From Nitrospinota bacterium (lineage in GTDB: Bacteria > Nitrospinota_A > UBA7883 > JACRGQ01), in the NCBI GenBank assembly GCA_029881495.1, contig JAOUMJ010000008.1, forward strand, positions 7,160 to 39,159: DNA of 32,000 nucleotides, read 5' to 3'. The translations under genes and the position numbers were made by a program. Below the pieces are notes generated by a model. The model worked only from the letters and a program-made list of their open reading frames with translations. It was not told the origin of the DNA and did no database searches. Below are positions 1 to 9,256 of this stretch, piece by piece; position 1 is the first letter of the stretch; every line of letters begins with the position of its first letter.

Positions 1-1784
1 CCTTCTTTCAGCTTGTCGGGCTTCCGGCGGATGAAAGGGCAATAACTAACACCGTCTACTCGTGGATAGAGGTCGGCGATATGAACGTAAACGTATCGTT
101 CCTCCTCGATCCGCTTTCGGGATTGTGGCTTCTTGTCGTTACCGGCGTAGGGTTCCTCATTCATGTCTACTCGGTCGGTTACATGGATCACGACCATTCG
201 TATTGGAGATTTTTCACATACCTAAATCTCTTCATGTTCTCCATGCTGATGCTCGTGATGGGTGACAACTACCTCCTGATGTTCATCGGGTGGGAAGGGG
301 TGGGGCTCTGCTCATACCTCCTTATAGGATACGACTATCACCGTGATGCCGCCGCCGTTGCCGGAAAGAAGGCGTTCGTGATGAACAGGATCGGTGATTT
401 CGGATTCATACTCGGCATATTCCTCATCTTCGTGACGTTCGGCTCAATCAACTATCACGACGTTTTCGGCTCGGCCCACAACGTGTTGACAGAAGGGGGC
501 GTTATAGTCACGGCGATTGCGTTGCTTCTGTTTGTCGGCGCGGTCGGTAAATCGGCGCAGATACCGCTTTACACATGGCTTCCCGACGCGATGGAAGGCC
601 CTACTCCCGTTTCTGCTCTCATTCACGCGGCGACGATGGTTACCGCTGGTGTATATATGGTCTGCCGCTCCGCCGTTCTCTTTAATATGGCGCCGACAGC
701 GATGATGGTTGTCGCCGTTATCGGATGCGCGACCGCAGTGTTCGCGGCGACCATCGGTCTTTTTCAGAAAGATATTAAACGCGTCCTCGCATATTCGACA
801 GTTTCACAGCTCGGCTACATGTTCATGGCGGCTGGAATAGGGGCATATGTTGCCGCGGCGTTCCACGTTATGACCCACGCGTTTTTCAAGGCGTGCCTCT
901 TTCTTGGCTCCGGCTCGGTTATTCACGGACTTTCCGGCGAGCAGAATATGGACAAGATGGGGGATCTTAAAAAGCATATGCCGAGAACTTACTGGACGTT
1001 CCTTATCTCAACGCTCGCTATCTCCGGCATATTCCCTTTTGCCGGGTTCTTCAGCAAGGACGAAATTCTCTACTCTACATACAATTCAGGGAGCCTGGTG
1101 CTTTGGGGTATCGCATCGGTAGCCGCCGGAGTGACGGCGTTCTACATGTTCAGGGCGGTATTTATGACCTTCCACGGCGAGAGCAGGGTGGAGCCGGAGG
1201 CGATGAAGCATCTTCACGAATCTCCAAACGTGATGACAATGCCGCTGATAATCCTCGCCGGTCTCGCGACAGTCGGAGGTTTCCTCGGTATACCGATGAT
1301 TGAGGGGGCGAACGTGCTTCATAATTTCCTCGGGCCGCTCTTTGAAGCGGGGCGCCACGAAGCGGCGCATGACACCGCGCATCACTCCGCCGCTCTTGAG
1401 CTCGGCCTGATGGGGCTTTCACTCGGCATCGCGATCATCGGCATTTCGCTGGCGTACTACTTCTATATAAAGAATACGGCTCTGAGGGACAGCCTGTACG
1501 GCACGTTCAAGGGAATACATAAAGTTATCTTTAACAAATACTATGTGGATGAGATCTACGACGCGATATTCACGAATCCGATAGTAAGCGTCTCAAGGGA
1601 ATTCCTGCACAAGGTTATTGACGTAGTAATCATCGACGGCCTTGTGAACGGAGTCGGCTCTTTCTTCACGACGCTCAGCGAAATGGCTAAAAGGATGCAA
1701 CCCGGCATGGTCCGCCACTACGCGCTTACGATGCTTGTCGTTTCGATCATGATGGTCAGCTACTTTCTCTGGGGAGCAAAATGA
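1..1784 (+). CDS. nuoL: NADH-quinone oxidoreductase subunit L (5' partial, continues left of the window)
   Basis: The frame starting at nt 3 is open to the window edge (..YSWIEVGD precedes the first Met at 81). It carries ND5/NuoL antiporter-like motifs: LLVVTGVGFLIHVYSVGYM, GWEGVGLCSYLLIGY, SAQIPLYTWLPDAMEGPTPVSALIHAATMV. A C-terminal long amphipathic helix region is present. The stop overlaps the next start (ATGA). Confidence 0.95.
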   Translation, partial: FFQLVGLPADERAITNTVYSWIEVGDMNVNVSFLLDPLSGLWLLVVTGVGFLIHVYSVGYMDHDHSYWRFFTYLNLFMFSMLMLVMGDNYLLMFIGWEGVGLCSYLLIGYDYHRDAAAVAGKKAFVMNRIGDFGFILGIFLIFVTFGSINYHDVFGSAHNVLTEGGVIVTAIALLLFVGAVGKSAQIPLYTWLPDAMEGPTPVSALIHAATMVTAGVYMVCRSAVLFNMAPTAMMVVAVIGCATAVFAATIGLFQKDIKRVLAYSTVSQLGYMFMAAGIGAYVAAAFHVMTHAFFKACLFLGSGSVIHGLSGEQNMDKMGDLKKHMPRTYWTFLISTLAISGIFPFAGFFSKDEILYSTYNSGSLVLWGIASVAAGVTAFYMFRAVFMTFHGESRVEPEAMKHLHESPNVMTMPLIILAGLATVGGFLGIPMIEGANVLHNFLGPLFEAGRHEAAHDTAHHSAALELGLMGLSLGIAIIGISLAYYFYIKNTALRDSLYGTFKGIHKVIFNKYYVDEIYDAIFTNPIVSVSREFLHKVIDVVIIDGLVNGVGSFFTTLSEMAKRMQPGMVRHYALTMLVVSIMMVSYFLWGAK

Positions 1785-3337
1785 ATTTACCGATACTTTC
1801 AATTCTGACCTTCGTGCCGCTGGTTGGCGCGCTCATCATACTCTTCCTCAAGAGCGAGAATAAAAAGCTGATAAACGGAGTGACATTCGCGACCGGCGTT
1901 ATCGATTTCATTCTCTCCATTCCGCTCTTCTTCATGTTCAAGGACGGGACTTCGGAGATGCAGTTCGTTGAGAGGCACGAGTGGATAAAGAGCTTCGGCA
2001 TTGAATACTACATGGGGGTAGACGGAATTTCTCTCTTCATGGTGCTTCTCACCACGTTCACCTGCATGATCTGCTACCTCTCCACATGGACGGCAATAGA
2101 AAAGAACGTGAAAGAGTTCAATATCATGATGCTGGTGCTTCAAACGTCGATGATAGGCGTTTTCTGCGCGCTTGATTTTGTGCTCTTCTACTTCTTCTGG
2201 GAGCTGATGCTCATACCGATGTATATCATCATCGGCGTGTGGGGCGGTCAGCGAAGGATCTACGCCACTGTAAAGTTCTTCATTTTTACTATGGCAGGCT
2301 CGGTGCTGATGCTTTTGGCCATTCTAGTTCTTTATGTTGAAAAGCACGCGCAGACGGGGGTCTACACTTTCGATATTCTTTCATATCACGGAATCTCGCT
2401 TAACCCTGTTGCGCAGATGTGGCTCTTTCTTTTCTTCTTCATCGCGTTTGCCATAAAGGTTCCGCTCTGGCCGGTGCATACATGGTTGCCGGACGCGCAC
2501 GTGGAAGCGCCTACCGCCGGGTCGGTGATTCTTGCCGGCATTCTCCTGAAGATGGGGACGTACGGATACCTGAGATTCGCGGTACCGATCTTCCCCGAAG
2601 CGGCCTACTCATCGATCTGGTGGGTGTCGTGGATAGCGATAATCGGAATCATTTACGGCGCGCTCGTCGCGATGGTACAGGATGACATCAAGAAACTTGT
2701 CGCTTACTCATCCGTGAGCCATCTCGGTTTTGTGGTGCTTGGAACATTCGCATTCAACGTGAGGGGGATCGAAGGGGCGCTGATGCAGATGATAAATCAT
2801 GGTATATCCACAGGCGGGCTCTTCCTCCTTGTAGGCGTTCTATATGAAAGACGGCACACAAGGCTCATCAAGGAATACGGCGGGATCACGAAAGTGATGC
2901 CGAAGTTCGCCGTGGTATTCATGATAGTCACGCTGTCGTCCATCGCGCTTCCCGGCACGAACGGCTTTATCGGCGAGTTCCTTATACTGCTCGGCGTGTT
3001 CGAGGCGAACAAACTTTACGCCGTCTTCGCATCAACGGGTGTGATCTTCGGAGCGGTATACATGCTCTGGATGTATCAGCGCGTGATGTTCGGCGAAGTG
3101 ACGAACGAAAAGAATAAAAATCTGCCCGACCTTACAAAGAGGGAGATGGCCTATTTCGCTCCGCTCATATTCGTGATCTTCTGGCTCGGCGTCTATCCGA
3201 ATCCGATATTGAAAAAGATGGAACCGTCGGTAAAGGCGCTTATCTCAGATGTGGACAAGGCGCGCAATGCCTCCGCGGAAAAGCGCGAATTTCTTCTCGC
3301 GAAGGCCGACAATATCAGCACGGATGAGGTGAAATAG
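1781..3337 (+). CDS. nuoM: NADH-quinone oxidoreductase subunit M
   Basis: 518 aa polytopic membrane protein. ND4/NuoM motifs are present: KVPLWPVHTWLPDAHVEAPTAGSVILAGILLKMGTYG and VAYSSVSHLGFV. Positioned between nuoL and nuoN with translational coupling. Confidence 0.95.
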   Translation: MNLPILSILTFVPLVGALIILFLKSENKKLINGVTFATGVIDFILSIPLFFMFKDGTSEMQFVERHEWIKSFGIEYYMGVDGISLFMVLLTTFTCMICYLSTWTAIEKNVKEFNIMMLVLQTSMIGVFCALDFVLFYFFWELMLIPMYIIIGVWGGQRRIYATVKFFIFTMAGSVLMLLAILVLYVEKHAQTGVYTFDILSYHGISLNPVAQMWLFLFFFIAFAIKVPLWPVHTWLPDAHVEAPTAGSVILAGILLKMGTYGYLRFAVPIFPEAAYSSIWWVSWIAIIGIIYGALVAMVQDDIKKLVAYSSVSHLGFVVLGTFAFNVRGIEGALMQMINHGISTGGLFLLVGVLYERRHTRLIKEYGGITKVMPKFAVVFMIVTLSSIALPGTNGFIGEFLILLGVFEANKLYAVFASTGVIFGAVYMLWMYQRVMFGEVTNEKNKNLPDLTKREMAYFAPLIFVIFWLGVYPNPILKKMEPSVKALISDVDKARNASAEKREFLLAKADNISTDEVK

Positions 3338-3339
3338 AG

Positions 3340-4788
3340 ATGCCTATACAGATACCATCGGTAAATCTTCTGGCGATCGCGCCGGAGCTTCTCCTCACGG
3401 CTGTTGCGTGTTGCGTGCTGATAATGGACGTCTTCTCCACAAAGAAGGGTGGAGCATATCTTGCCTATTTCACCTTTGCCGGTCTCGCGACCGCAATGGC
3501 GATAGCGCTTGCGCCGCAGGCGGAGACGTTCTCCACGTTTTCGGGGATGTACTCGGTTGACAGGTTCAGTCAGTTTTTCAAAGTGATCTTTCTGATGGGG
3601 ACGATGCTCACGGTTCTGATATCGGTGAGATACGCTCATGACAACCGGATAAATCACGGAGAGTATTACGCGCTCCTTCTTTTCGCTACGACCGGCATGA
3701 TGTTCATGGGCGCCGGCAAAGATATGATGACCATCTTCCTCGGGCTGGAGCTTCTCTCCATTTCGCTTTACGTCCTTGTAGGATATACAAGGACAAGGCT
3801 GGAATCGAACGAGGCGTCGCTGAAATACTTCCTGCTTGGCGCGTTCGCTACCGGTTTCCTTCTGTACGGCATGGCGCTGATCTACGGGATAACGGGTGAG
3901 ACCAATCTTCCGAAGATCGCCGCAAAGCTCGCGGAGAATACTGAGAACAGGGTCATCCTCACCATCGCGATGGGTATGCTTCTGGTTGGTTTCGGCTTCA
4001 AGATAGGCGCGGTGCCTTTCCATCAGTGGACGCCAGATGTCTATCAGGGCGCGCCGATCCCGATCACCGCATTTATGTCGGCAGGGCCGAAGGCGGCTGG
4101 GCTCGCCGCGCTCCTCAGGGTTTTCGTTGAGGCTTTCAATTACTCCCAGGTGAGCTGGACCATCTGGATAGCCCTCCTCGCGGTCCTTACCATGACGGTC
4201 GGAAACGTGGCGGCGCTGGTTCAGAAGGATCTAAAGAGAATGCTCGCATTTTCATCGATCGCCCACGCGGGGTACGCTCTTGTCGGTGTTTCCGCGGCGA
4301 ACAGCGACGGCCTGTCGTCGGTCATGTACTACCTCCTTGTATACACCTTCATGAATATCGGCGCGTTCGGGATCTTCACCCTTGTGGCAAGACAGAACGA
4401 GCAGGATACGAGCGTGGAGTCGTTCAGGGGATTCGCATATACAAATCCGCTCCTTGCGGCGGCAATGACGATATTCATTTTTTCACTTGCGGGAATACCG
4501 CCAATGGCCGGGTTCCTGGCGAAGTTCTATGTATTCATGTCGGCGGTCGCCGCAGGTAAGGTAGGTCTCGTTCTTGTTGCCGTGCTGAATTCGGCGATAG
4601 GGGTGTACTACTATTTGAGGGTCGTTGTCGTCATGTACATGAAGGATGCCGAATCGGGGGTCGAGATTCCCAAAGCGTCACCTTCTCTCGTGGCCGCGAC
4701 TATCCTTGCGGTCTTCGCCATAATGAAGCTAGGCATTTCACCGGGGTATTATCTCGAGATGGCCAGCAAGGCGTTCTTGACCTTCTAG
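3340..4788 (+). CDS. nuoN: NADH-quinone oxidoreductase subunit N
   Basis: 482 aa. ND2/NuoN motifs are present: GAVPFHQWTPDVYQGAPIPITAFMS and LAFSSIAHAGY. The ATG lies 2 nt after the nuoM stop. Last gene of the nuo operon. Confidence 0.95.
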   Translation: MPIQIPSVNLLAIAPELLLTAVACCVLIMDVFSTKKGGAYLAYFTFAGLATAMAIALAPQAETFSTFSGMYSVDRFSQFFKVIFLMGTMLTVLISVRYAHDNRINHGEYYALLLFATTGMMFMGAGKDMMTIFLGLELLSISLYVLVGYTRTRLESNEASLKYFLLGAFATGFLLYGMALIYGITGETNLPKIAAKLAENTENRVILTIAMGMLLVGFGFKIGAVPFHQWTPDVYQGAPIPITAFMSAGPKAAGLAALLRVFVEAFNYSQVSWTIWIALLAVLTMTVGNVAALVQKDLKRMLAFSSIAHAGYALVGVSAANSDGLSSVMYYLLVYTFMNIGAFGIFTLVARQNEQDTSVESFRGFAYTNPLLAAAMTIFIFSLAGIPPMAGFLAKFYVFMSAVAAGKVGLVLVAVLNSAIGVYYYLRVVVVMYMKDAESGVEIPKASPSLVAATILAVFAIMKLGISPGYYLEMASKAFLTF

Positions 4789-4900
4789 CCCCCTCTCTTT
4801 TCGCATCCGCCGGGCAGTGCGGGCAAAATACCATTTGCGCCGTCTGCTGTTTTGAAAAGAGAAAAAACCGTGTAGAATCTTGGCTAACAAACTCCAATGT

Positions 4901-4987
4901 GCCGGAGTGGTGAAATTGGTAGACGCAGGGGACTCAAAATCCCCCGGGGGCAACCTCGTGTCGGTTCGATTCCGACCTCCGGCACCA
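4901..4987 (+). tRNA. tRNA-Leu (anticodon CAA), class II with long variable arm, encoded CCA
   Basis: Hand-folded cloverleaf. Acceptor gccggag/ctccggc. Anticodon stem gggga/tcccc with loop ctCAAaa. Long variable arm cgggggcaacctcg. T arm gtcgg-ttcgatt-ccgac. Discriminator A followed by CCA. Confidence 0.9.
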
Positions 4988-5210
4988 TTTCCATAATCAA
5001 TCTCAATCAGTTCAGCCGCTTCCTCATATAAGGGTATCAAATTCAAACGAGGTTGCTGCTTTGGCCATTCTTTTTGTCTATAGAAGATTCTGGGAGTTTC
5101 CAGCTTACAGTACCCGGAGTAACCCCCGTAGCCGCAAGGATATATAGATAGATTCAGGTTCATCAAGATGAAATTCTAGTATGTGATGTTTTGATGAGAA
5201 AAAGGAGGTT

Positions 5211-5241
5211 GCCGGGTCGGTGGTTATAGTACCGACCCGGC
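5211..5241 (-). terminator. GC-rich hairpin downstream of flgE (probable operon terminator)
   Basis: Perfect 10-bp inverted repeat gccgggtcgg / ccgacccggc with an 11-nt loop. On the minus strand it is followed by AACCUCC then UUUUU, so the U-tract is displaced by 7 nt and the terminator is not fully canonical. Confidence 0.45.
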
Positions 5242-5319
5242 AGAGAACAGGGCGATTAGGGCATTAAAGGGAGCCGGGCGAGTGTTTTATTTACTCACCC
5301 CGGTCTTCCCTGATGGTCA

Positions 5320-6573
5320 CTAACGTTTCAGGTTAACTGCTTCTGTAAGCATATCGTCTGTCGTCGTGATGATTCGCGACGCGGCCTGGTAGGCGCGCTG
5401 GTGCTGTATCATCTTTACGAACTCAGACGCCAGATCGACGTTTGAAAGTTCAAGCGCGGAACCGAGGATGGTGCCAAGACCGCCGATACCCGCGGAGCCG
5501 AATATCGGCTGACCCGAATCGGCTGTTTCCGCGTAGAGCGATCCGCCCATCCTTTCTAGTCCCCACGGACTTGTGAATTTCGTCACGACAAGCTGGTAGA
5601 GAGGATCGGTCTGTCCGTTTGAGAATAGCCCGGTCACGACCCCGTCGGTACCTACCGAAAGGCCTTTCAATACTCCGTTCGAGTATCCGTCCTGTTCGAT
5701 AAATGTTGTTGTCGAAGGGGCGACATAGCTTGTTATGTCGGCATACGATGTTCCGTTCGGCTGAAGCGTCAGCCAGTTCATGCTGATCGCACCCGCGCCG
5801 GTAGTCGTAAAGTTGTTTATGGCGACCGGAGGGGGAGTAACGCCGCCTGAAGCGGACGAGAGGAGGTTGCCAGTTGTGTTGAATACAAGGGTTCCGGTCG
5901 CGCCCGAAGTAATAGTGCCTGACGATGATGTGATCGCGTAATCCCAGTTAAGCGCCGACGCTTTTGTGAGAGCGAAGTTCAGAGTGATCCTTTCACCAAG
6001 ATTATTGTATGTATCGAAGCTTGTATTGAATGTGGTGCCAGCGCTTGCCGATGCGTTCAGGTTCAGCCCGATTTTGAAATTCGACGTCGCGCGCGGCATC
6101 GACTGCACGCCCGCCAGATCGATATTGGACTGGAGGCCGGAAACAGTGGAGCTACCGGCTATGGTTGTAGTGATCTTGCGCCCCTGAACAACGAAATTGT
6201 TCGGATTCACAAGTCTTCCTCTGTCATCTATCGTAAACTGTCCCGCTCTTGTGTAATAGAAGGACTGGTTGGGCTCATCGTATACACGGAAAAACCCGTC
6301 ACCCTGAATGGCGACGTCCGTGGCGTTTCCGGTTGTTTCAAACGAGCCTTGTGCCCAGCTCGGTGAGATATCGTGGGTATAGACGCCGCGTCCCATCTGC
6401 ATGATGGTGCTTCCATTCGCCAGCGAGTTGGCAAGTATGTCGGAAAATATAGACCGGTTGGCCTTGTATCCGATCGTGTTCACGTTGGCGATGTTATCGC
6501 CTATTACGTTCATAGAGTTTCCCATTGTCAGTATGCCACTGACTCCGGTTCCCATTGCGCTTTGTAGACTCAT
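5320..6573 (-). CDS. flgE: flagellar hook protein FlgE
   Basis: 417 aa. N-terminal rod/hook motif GVSGILTMGNSMNVIGDNIANVNTIGYK. C-terminal LSNVDLASEFVKMIQHQRAYQAASRIITTTDDML. SD AAAGGAGG lies upstream of the ATG. Follows flgD. Confidence 0.93.
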   Translation of the reverse strand: MSLQSAMGTGVSGILTMGNSMNVIGDNIANVNTIGYKANRSIFSDILANSLANGSTIMQMGRGVYTHDISPSWAQGSFETTGNATDVAIQGDGFFRVYDEPNQSFYYTRAGQFTIDDRGRLVNPNNFVVQGRKITTTIAGSSTVSGLQSNIDLAGVQSMPRATSNFKIGLNLNASASAGTTFNTSFDTYNNLGERITLNFALTKASALNWDYAITSSSGTITSGATGTLVFNTTGNLLSSASGGVTPPPVAINNFTTTGAGAISMNWLTLQPNGTSYADITSYVAPSTTTFIEQDGYSNGVLKGLSVGTDGVVTGLFSNGQTDPLYQLVVTKFTSPWGLERMGGSLYAETADSGQPIFGSAGIGGLGTILGSALELSNVDLASEFVKMIQHQRAYQAASRIITTTDDMLTEAVNLKR

Positions 6574-6610
6574 TGTATCCTCCTTTTATAACCTTTGTTC
6601 CCTGTTCTGT

Positions 6611-7315
6611 TTATATTTTTGGCTTGGCCTGGGTTGCGCCAGGCTCAGTTATTTGATTTACATCACCCATCATTACCCTGTTGCCTCCAACGTGGAGCTG
6701 GGTGATACCGTTCACCATGCTGATACCGGTCACTAATCCACGGGTGTATGTGCTTGCATCGATGGATGTGCCGTTGCCGTCAACGGCATTCACGCTGTAA
6801 GCGTATATTCCGGCCGGTACCGGATTTCCTTTGTGATCTTTCGCATCCCACTTGATGGTCTGTTTGCCGGCGCGGGTGTGGCCCTGATCCAGGCTTCTTA
6901 TCACGTTGCCGTCCTTGTCCAAAATGTTGACTGTAACTGCGGACGCTTCAAATGGAAGTTCATATGAGATATCAGAAGCGATGCCGCTTCCGACGTGTAT
7001 CGAATTTCCGTTTGCTTCAATCTCTTTGCCGATGATGTTCAATGCCTGTGTGTTGTTAAGCGAGCTTGAAAGCGTCTGCAGTCCTACAAGGTTGTCGTTC
7101 ACGCTGAACAGCTGTTCAAGCGAGCTGAACTGCGCCATCTGTGCGGTGAATTCAGTATTGTCCATCGGGGAAAGAGGGTCCTGATTTTTCAACTGCGCGA
7201 GAAGAAGAGTCAGAAACTGATCCTTCCCCATCATCGCCTCTTTTCTAGCTTTGCTTGCCGCCGTTGTTGCGCTTGCGCCAGCTGTTTGAGTACCTGTTGT
7301 TGCCGCCGTATTCAT
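6611..7315 (-). CDS. flgD: flagellar hook assembly/capping protein FlgD
   Basis: 234 aa. FlgD N-terminal motif DQFLTLLLAQLKNQDPLSPMDNTEFTAQMAQFSSLEQL, with a FLgD_ig/tudor-like C-terminal half. SD AAGGAGG. Confidence 0.92.
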   Translation of the reverse strand: MNTAATTGTQTAGASATTAASKARKEAMMGKDQFLTLLLAQLKNQDPLSPMDNTEFTAQMAQFSSLEQLFSVNDNLVGLQTLSSSLNNTQALNIIGKEIEANGNSIHVGSGIASDISYELPFEASAVTVNILDKDGNVIRSLDQGHTRAGKQTIKWDAKDHKGNPVPAGIYAYSVNAVDGNGTSIDASTYTRGLVTGISMVNGITQLHVGGNRVMMGDVNQITEPGATQAKPKI

Positions 7316-7332
7316 CTAAATAACCTCCTTGA

Positions 7333-8829
7333 TTACGCGGTGACGTACACCGTGGAATTCCTTACCGCTCTTCGCGCTTCCGCTTTTTCGGAAACGATAG
7401 TCTCTTCGCTCTTTACAGCTTCAGAATCTTTAAATCCATCCAGATATGCTGCTTTTTCCCTGTAATCATCATTCGCGTTCCCGGACTGTGAAAATTTGGT
7501 CTGCTTGTCATTTATATCGACAGTTATCTCTTCCACGTTCACGCCCTGGTCTGCAAGGATCGCCTTAAGCGAGTTGATGTTTTCCTCTACGATCTTCTTT
7601 ACCTGGCTGTTTTCAACTACTATCGAGCCCTTCACTATCGCGTCCTGAACAACTATTTTGATATCAACAGAGCCGAGATTCGCGGGGGTAAGGGATATTC
7701 TCGCTTCAGTTTTGTTCGGAAGAGAAAGGATCTTCGCCTTTTCAACTATCTGGTTGAATACCTTGTCGGCTGTTGTCTGCCTTGGAACGTCCCTAAGCTC
7801 TTTGGTTTGGCCCGCGGATTCAACGGTGTTTGTTAAGCCTGTCTGCGCGGCTGAACCGAGCGCGTTGCCTTTATTATCAGTGACTGTTCCCTTTGCCGCG
7901 GAGTTTTGCACCGCTCCATGGAGAGCGGTCTTGACATCTTCGACCATATTTCCGGTAGAAGAAGTATTTTGCTTGCTGTTTTCATTTACGCTGTTTTTAA
8001 ATTCATCCTGCGTAACCTTGCTCTCAGCCGCCTTTCCGGAAAGGAATGGACTGTTGTTGCGTTCTTTTGTGTCGTTGCCGCTTGCCGATTTGTTTTCGAT
8101 TTGGATCGACTCTATTTTCAGTTCGCTTGCAAGCGCGTCAGCCTGTTCGGTCGATAGATCGAGGAGCTTTGCAAGCTTTTCCGTTGCGTCGGCGCCTGCG
8201 ACCAACTCTGCGTCAGTTTGTATGTCCATCTGTGAGGCGATCAATTCATTGAGATCTATCGTCTCGCCGTTTTGAAGGACGGCCATGAGTGAATTATTCG
8301 AATTTTTATCTATCTGAATTTCAACTTCGGCAAGTTCCTGAACGGAAATCCCCAGGAGTGCTGAGAGTTTTGATAGCTGTTCGTCGCTCAGATTGAGCTT
8401 TTCTGCAAGTTCTGCCATTGTGATCGTTTTTTTGTCAACACTCTTTACCGCTTCGGTGGCGGTATTTTCTGTATTGGATGTTTCCGACACAGTCTTTACA
8501 TCCTCTCCCTGCGGGTTCACGGTTTCGGTTTGAGCATTATTTTCAGTTGCTGGGCTGTTTTCGGATTTTTCGATTACGCTTTTTGCTCTCTCCATGACCG
8601 ATCTTTTAGGATCAATGTTTCTGCTCTTGTGTGTGTTTTCAGAAGAGGTCTTGGGTTTTACCGATTCCCTGGCTTCTAACCTGTGGTTTGCGGAGCTTTC
8701 CAGCGAGTTTTCGAAAACTGCCTGGAAGCTTTCGTTTGCATTGCTCTTCCCCATGCTGTTGCTGAATAAACCGGCCTGCTGGGCAACACCCATGAACATG
8801 TTTAAATCAACTTTCATATCCTGTTTCAT
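7333..8829 (-). CDS. fliK: flagellar hook-length control protein FliK
   Basis: C-terminal Flg_hook-type region (ARISLTPANLGSVDIKIVVQDAIVKGSIVVENSQVKKIVEENINSLKAILADQGVNVEEITV) after a long low-complexity acidic/polar N-region. Start set at the internal ATG (MKQDMKVD, 8829), which has SD AAAGAGGA. The longer ORF to 8910 would swallow the sigma54 promoter at 8871-8886. Confidence 0.85.
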   Translation of the reverse strand: MKQDMKVDLNMFMGVAQQAGLFSNSMGKSNANESFQAVFENSLESSANHRLEARESVKPKTSSENTHKSRNIDPKRSVMERAKSVIEKSENSPATENNAQTETVNPQGEDVKTVSETSNTENTATEAVKSVDKKTITMAELAEKLNLSDEQLSKLSALLGISVQELAEVEIQIDKNSNNSLMAVLQNGETIDLNELIASQMDIQTDAELVAGADATEKLAKLLDLSTEQADALASELKIESIQIENKSASGNDTKERNNSPFLSGKAAESKVTQDEFKNSVNENSKQNTSSTGNMVEDVKTALHGAVQNSAAKGTVTDNKGNALGSAAQTGLTNTVESAGQTKELRDVPRQTTADKVFNQIVEKAKILSLPNKTEARISLTPANLGSVDIKIVVQDAIVKGSIVVENSQVKKIVEENINSLKAILADQGVNVEEITVDINDKQTKFSQSGNANDDYREKAAYLDGFKDSEAVKSEETIVSEKAEARRAVRNSTVYVTA

Positions 8830-8870
8830 AAATTCCTCTTTAGTTTTTCGTTTCGTTAGCCGAATATATA

Positions 8871-8886
8871 AACAACGTCTGTGCCA
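8871..8886 (-). promoter_or_regulatory. sigma54 (-24/-12) type promoter for fliK-flgD-flgE
   Basis: The minus strand reads TGGCACagacgTTGTT, against the consensus TGGCACG-N4-TTGCW. GG at -24 is conserved. The -12 element is GT instead of GC. It lies about 40 nt upstream of the fliK ATG. Confidence 0.6.
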
Positions 8887-9205
8887 ATTCCATAACAGGC
8901 AAAAAAACAATAAGATATCTGCTCACGTCTCTTAATACAGGCAGATGAAATGAGGAAAAAGTTGCCTCCGGGGGCAAAAAATACCGTTTCTGGCCTCCTT
9001 TCCCACTATGCCAGGGAGTTTTTGCCTACCCCACCACCTGGTCGATATTCATGCTTCTTTGGCATGAGAATTTCACTTGCTGATGTATACAGTTGTAAAG
9101 CTGGCTTTTTGACGAATTTGGCATTTTTTCGGGTGAAGGACAAGTGTGATTAGAACATGGTATCTAACGCATTGAAATATAAAGATATATATAAAAACAC
9201 AAATT

Positions 9206-9221
9206 AGGCACGTTGATTGCT
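9206..9221 (+). promoter_or_regulatory. sigma54 (-24/-12) type promoter for the flgB operon
   Basis: The plus strand reads AGGCACGttgaTTGCT, a near-perfect match to TGGCACG-N4-TTGCW. It lies about 40 nt upstream of the flgB start. Confidence 0.75.
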
Positions 9222-9256
9222 TATTAATAAGGAAGAAATGGTTTTTTATAGGAATT

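Noticed and set aside
3193-4023. Long antisense shadow ORFs inside well-supported genes, e.g. 3193..4023 (-), 7658..8275 (+), 11198..11698 (-), 15141..15716 (-), 17132..17969 (-), 25881..26459 (-), 28325..28930 (-).
   Set aside because: All lie fully within strongly supported CDSs on the other strand. They have Arg/Ser/Pro-rich or low-complexity composition and no SD.
4738-5166. A 142-aa minus-strand ORF.
   Set aside because: It runs antisense through the entire tRNA-Leu gene and into the nuoN 3' end. Only its first approximately 60 codons lie in free intergenic space (see the low-interest remnant finding).
9060-9075. A second sigma54-like element, TGGCATgagaaTTTCA, on the plus strand upstream of flgB.
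   Set aside because: The -12 GC is replaced by TC. It lies about 190 nt from flgB, whereas a near-perfect element sits at 9206-9221. It is more likely part of the activator-site region, or chance.
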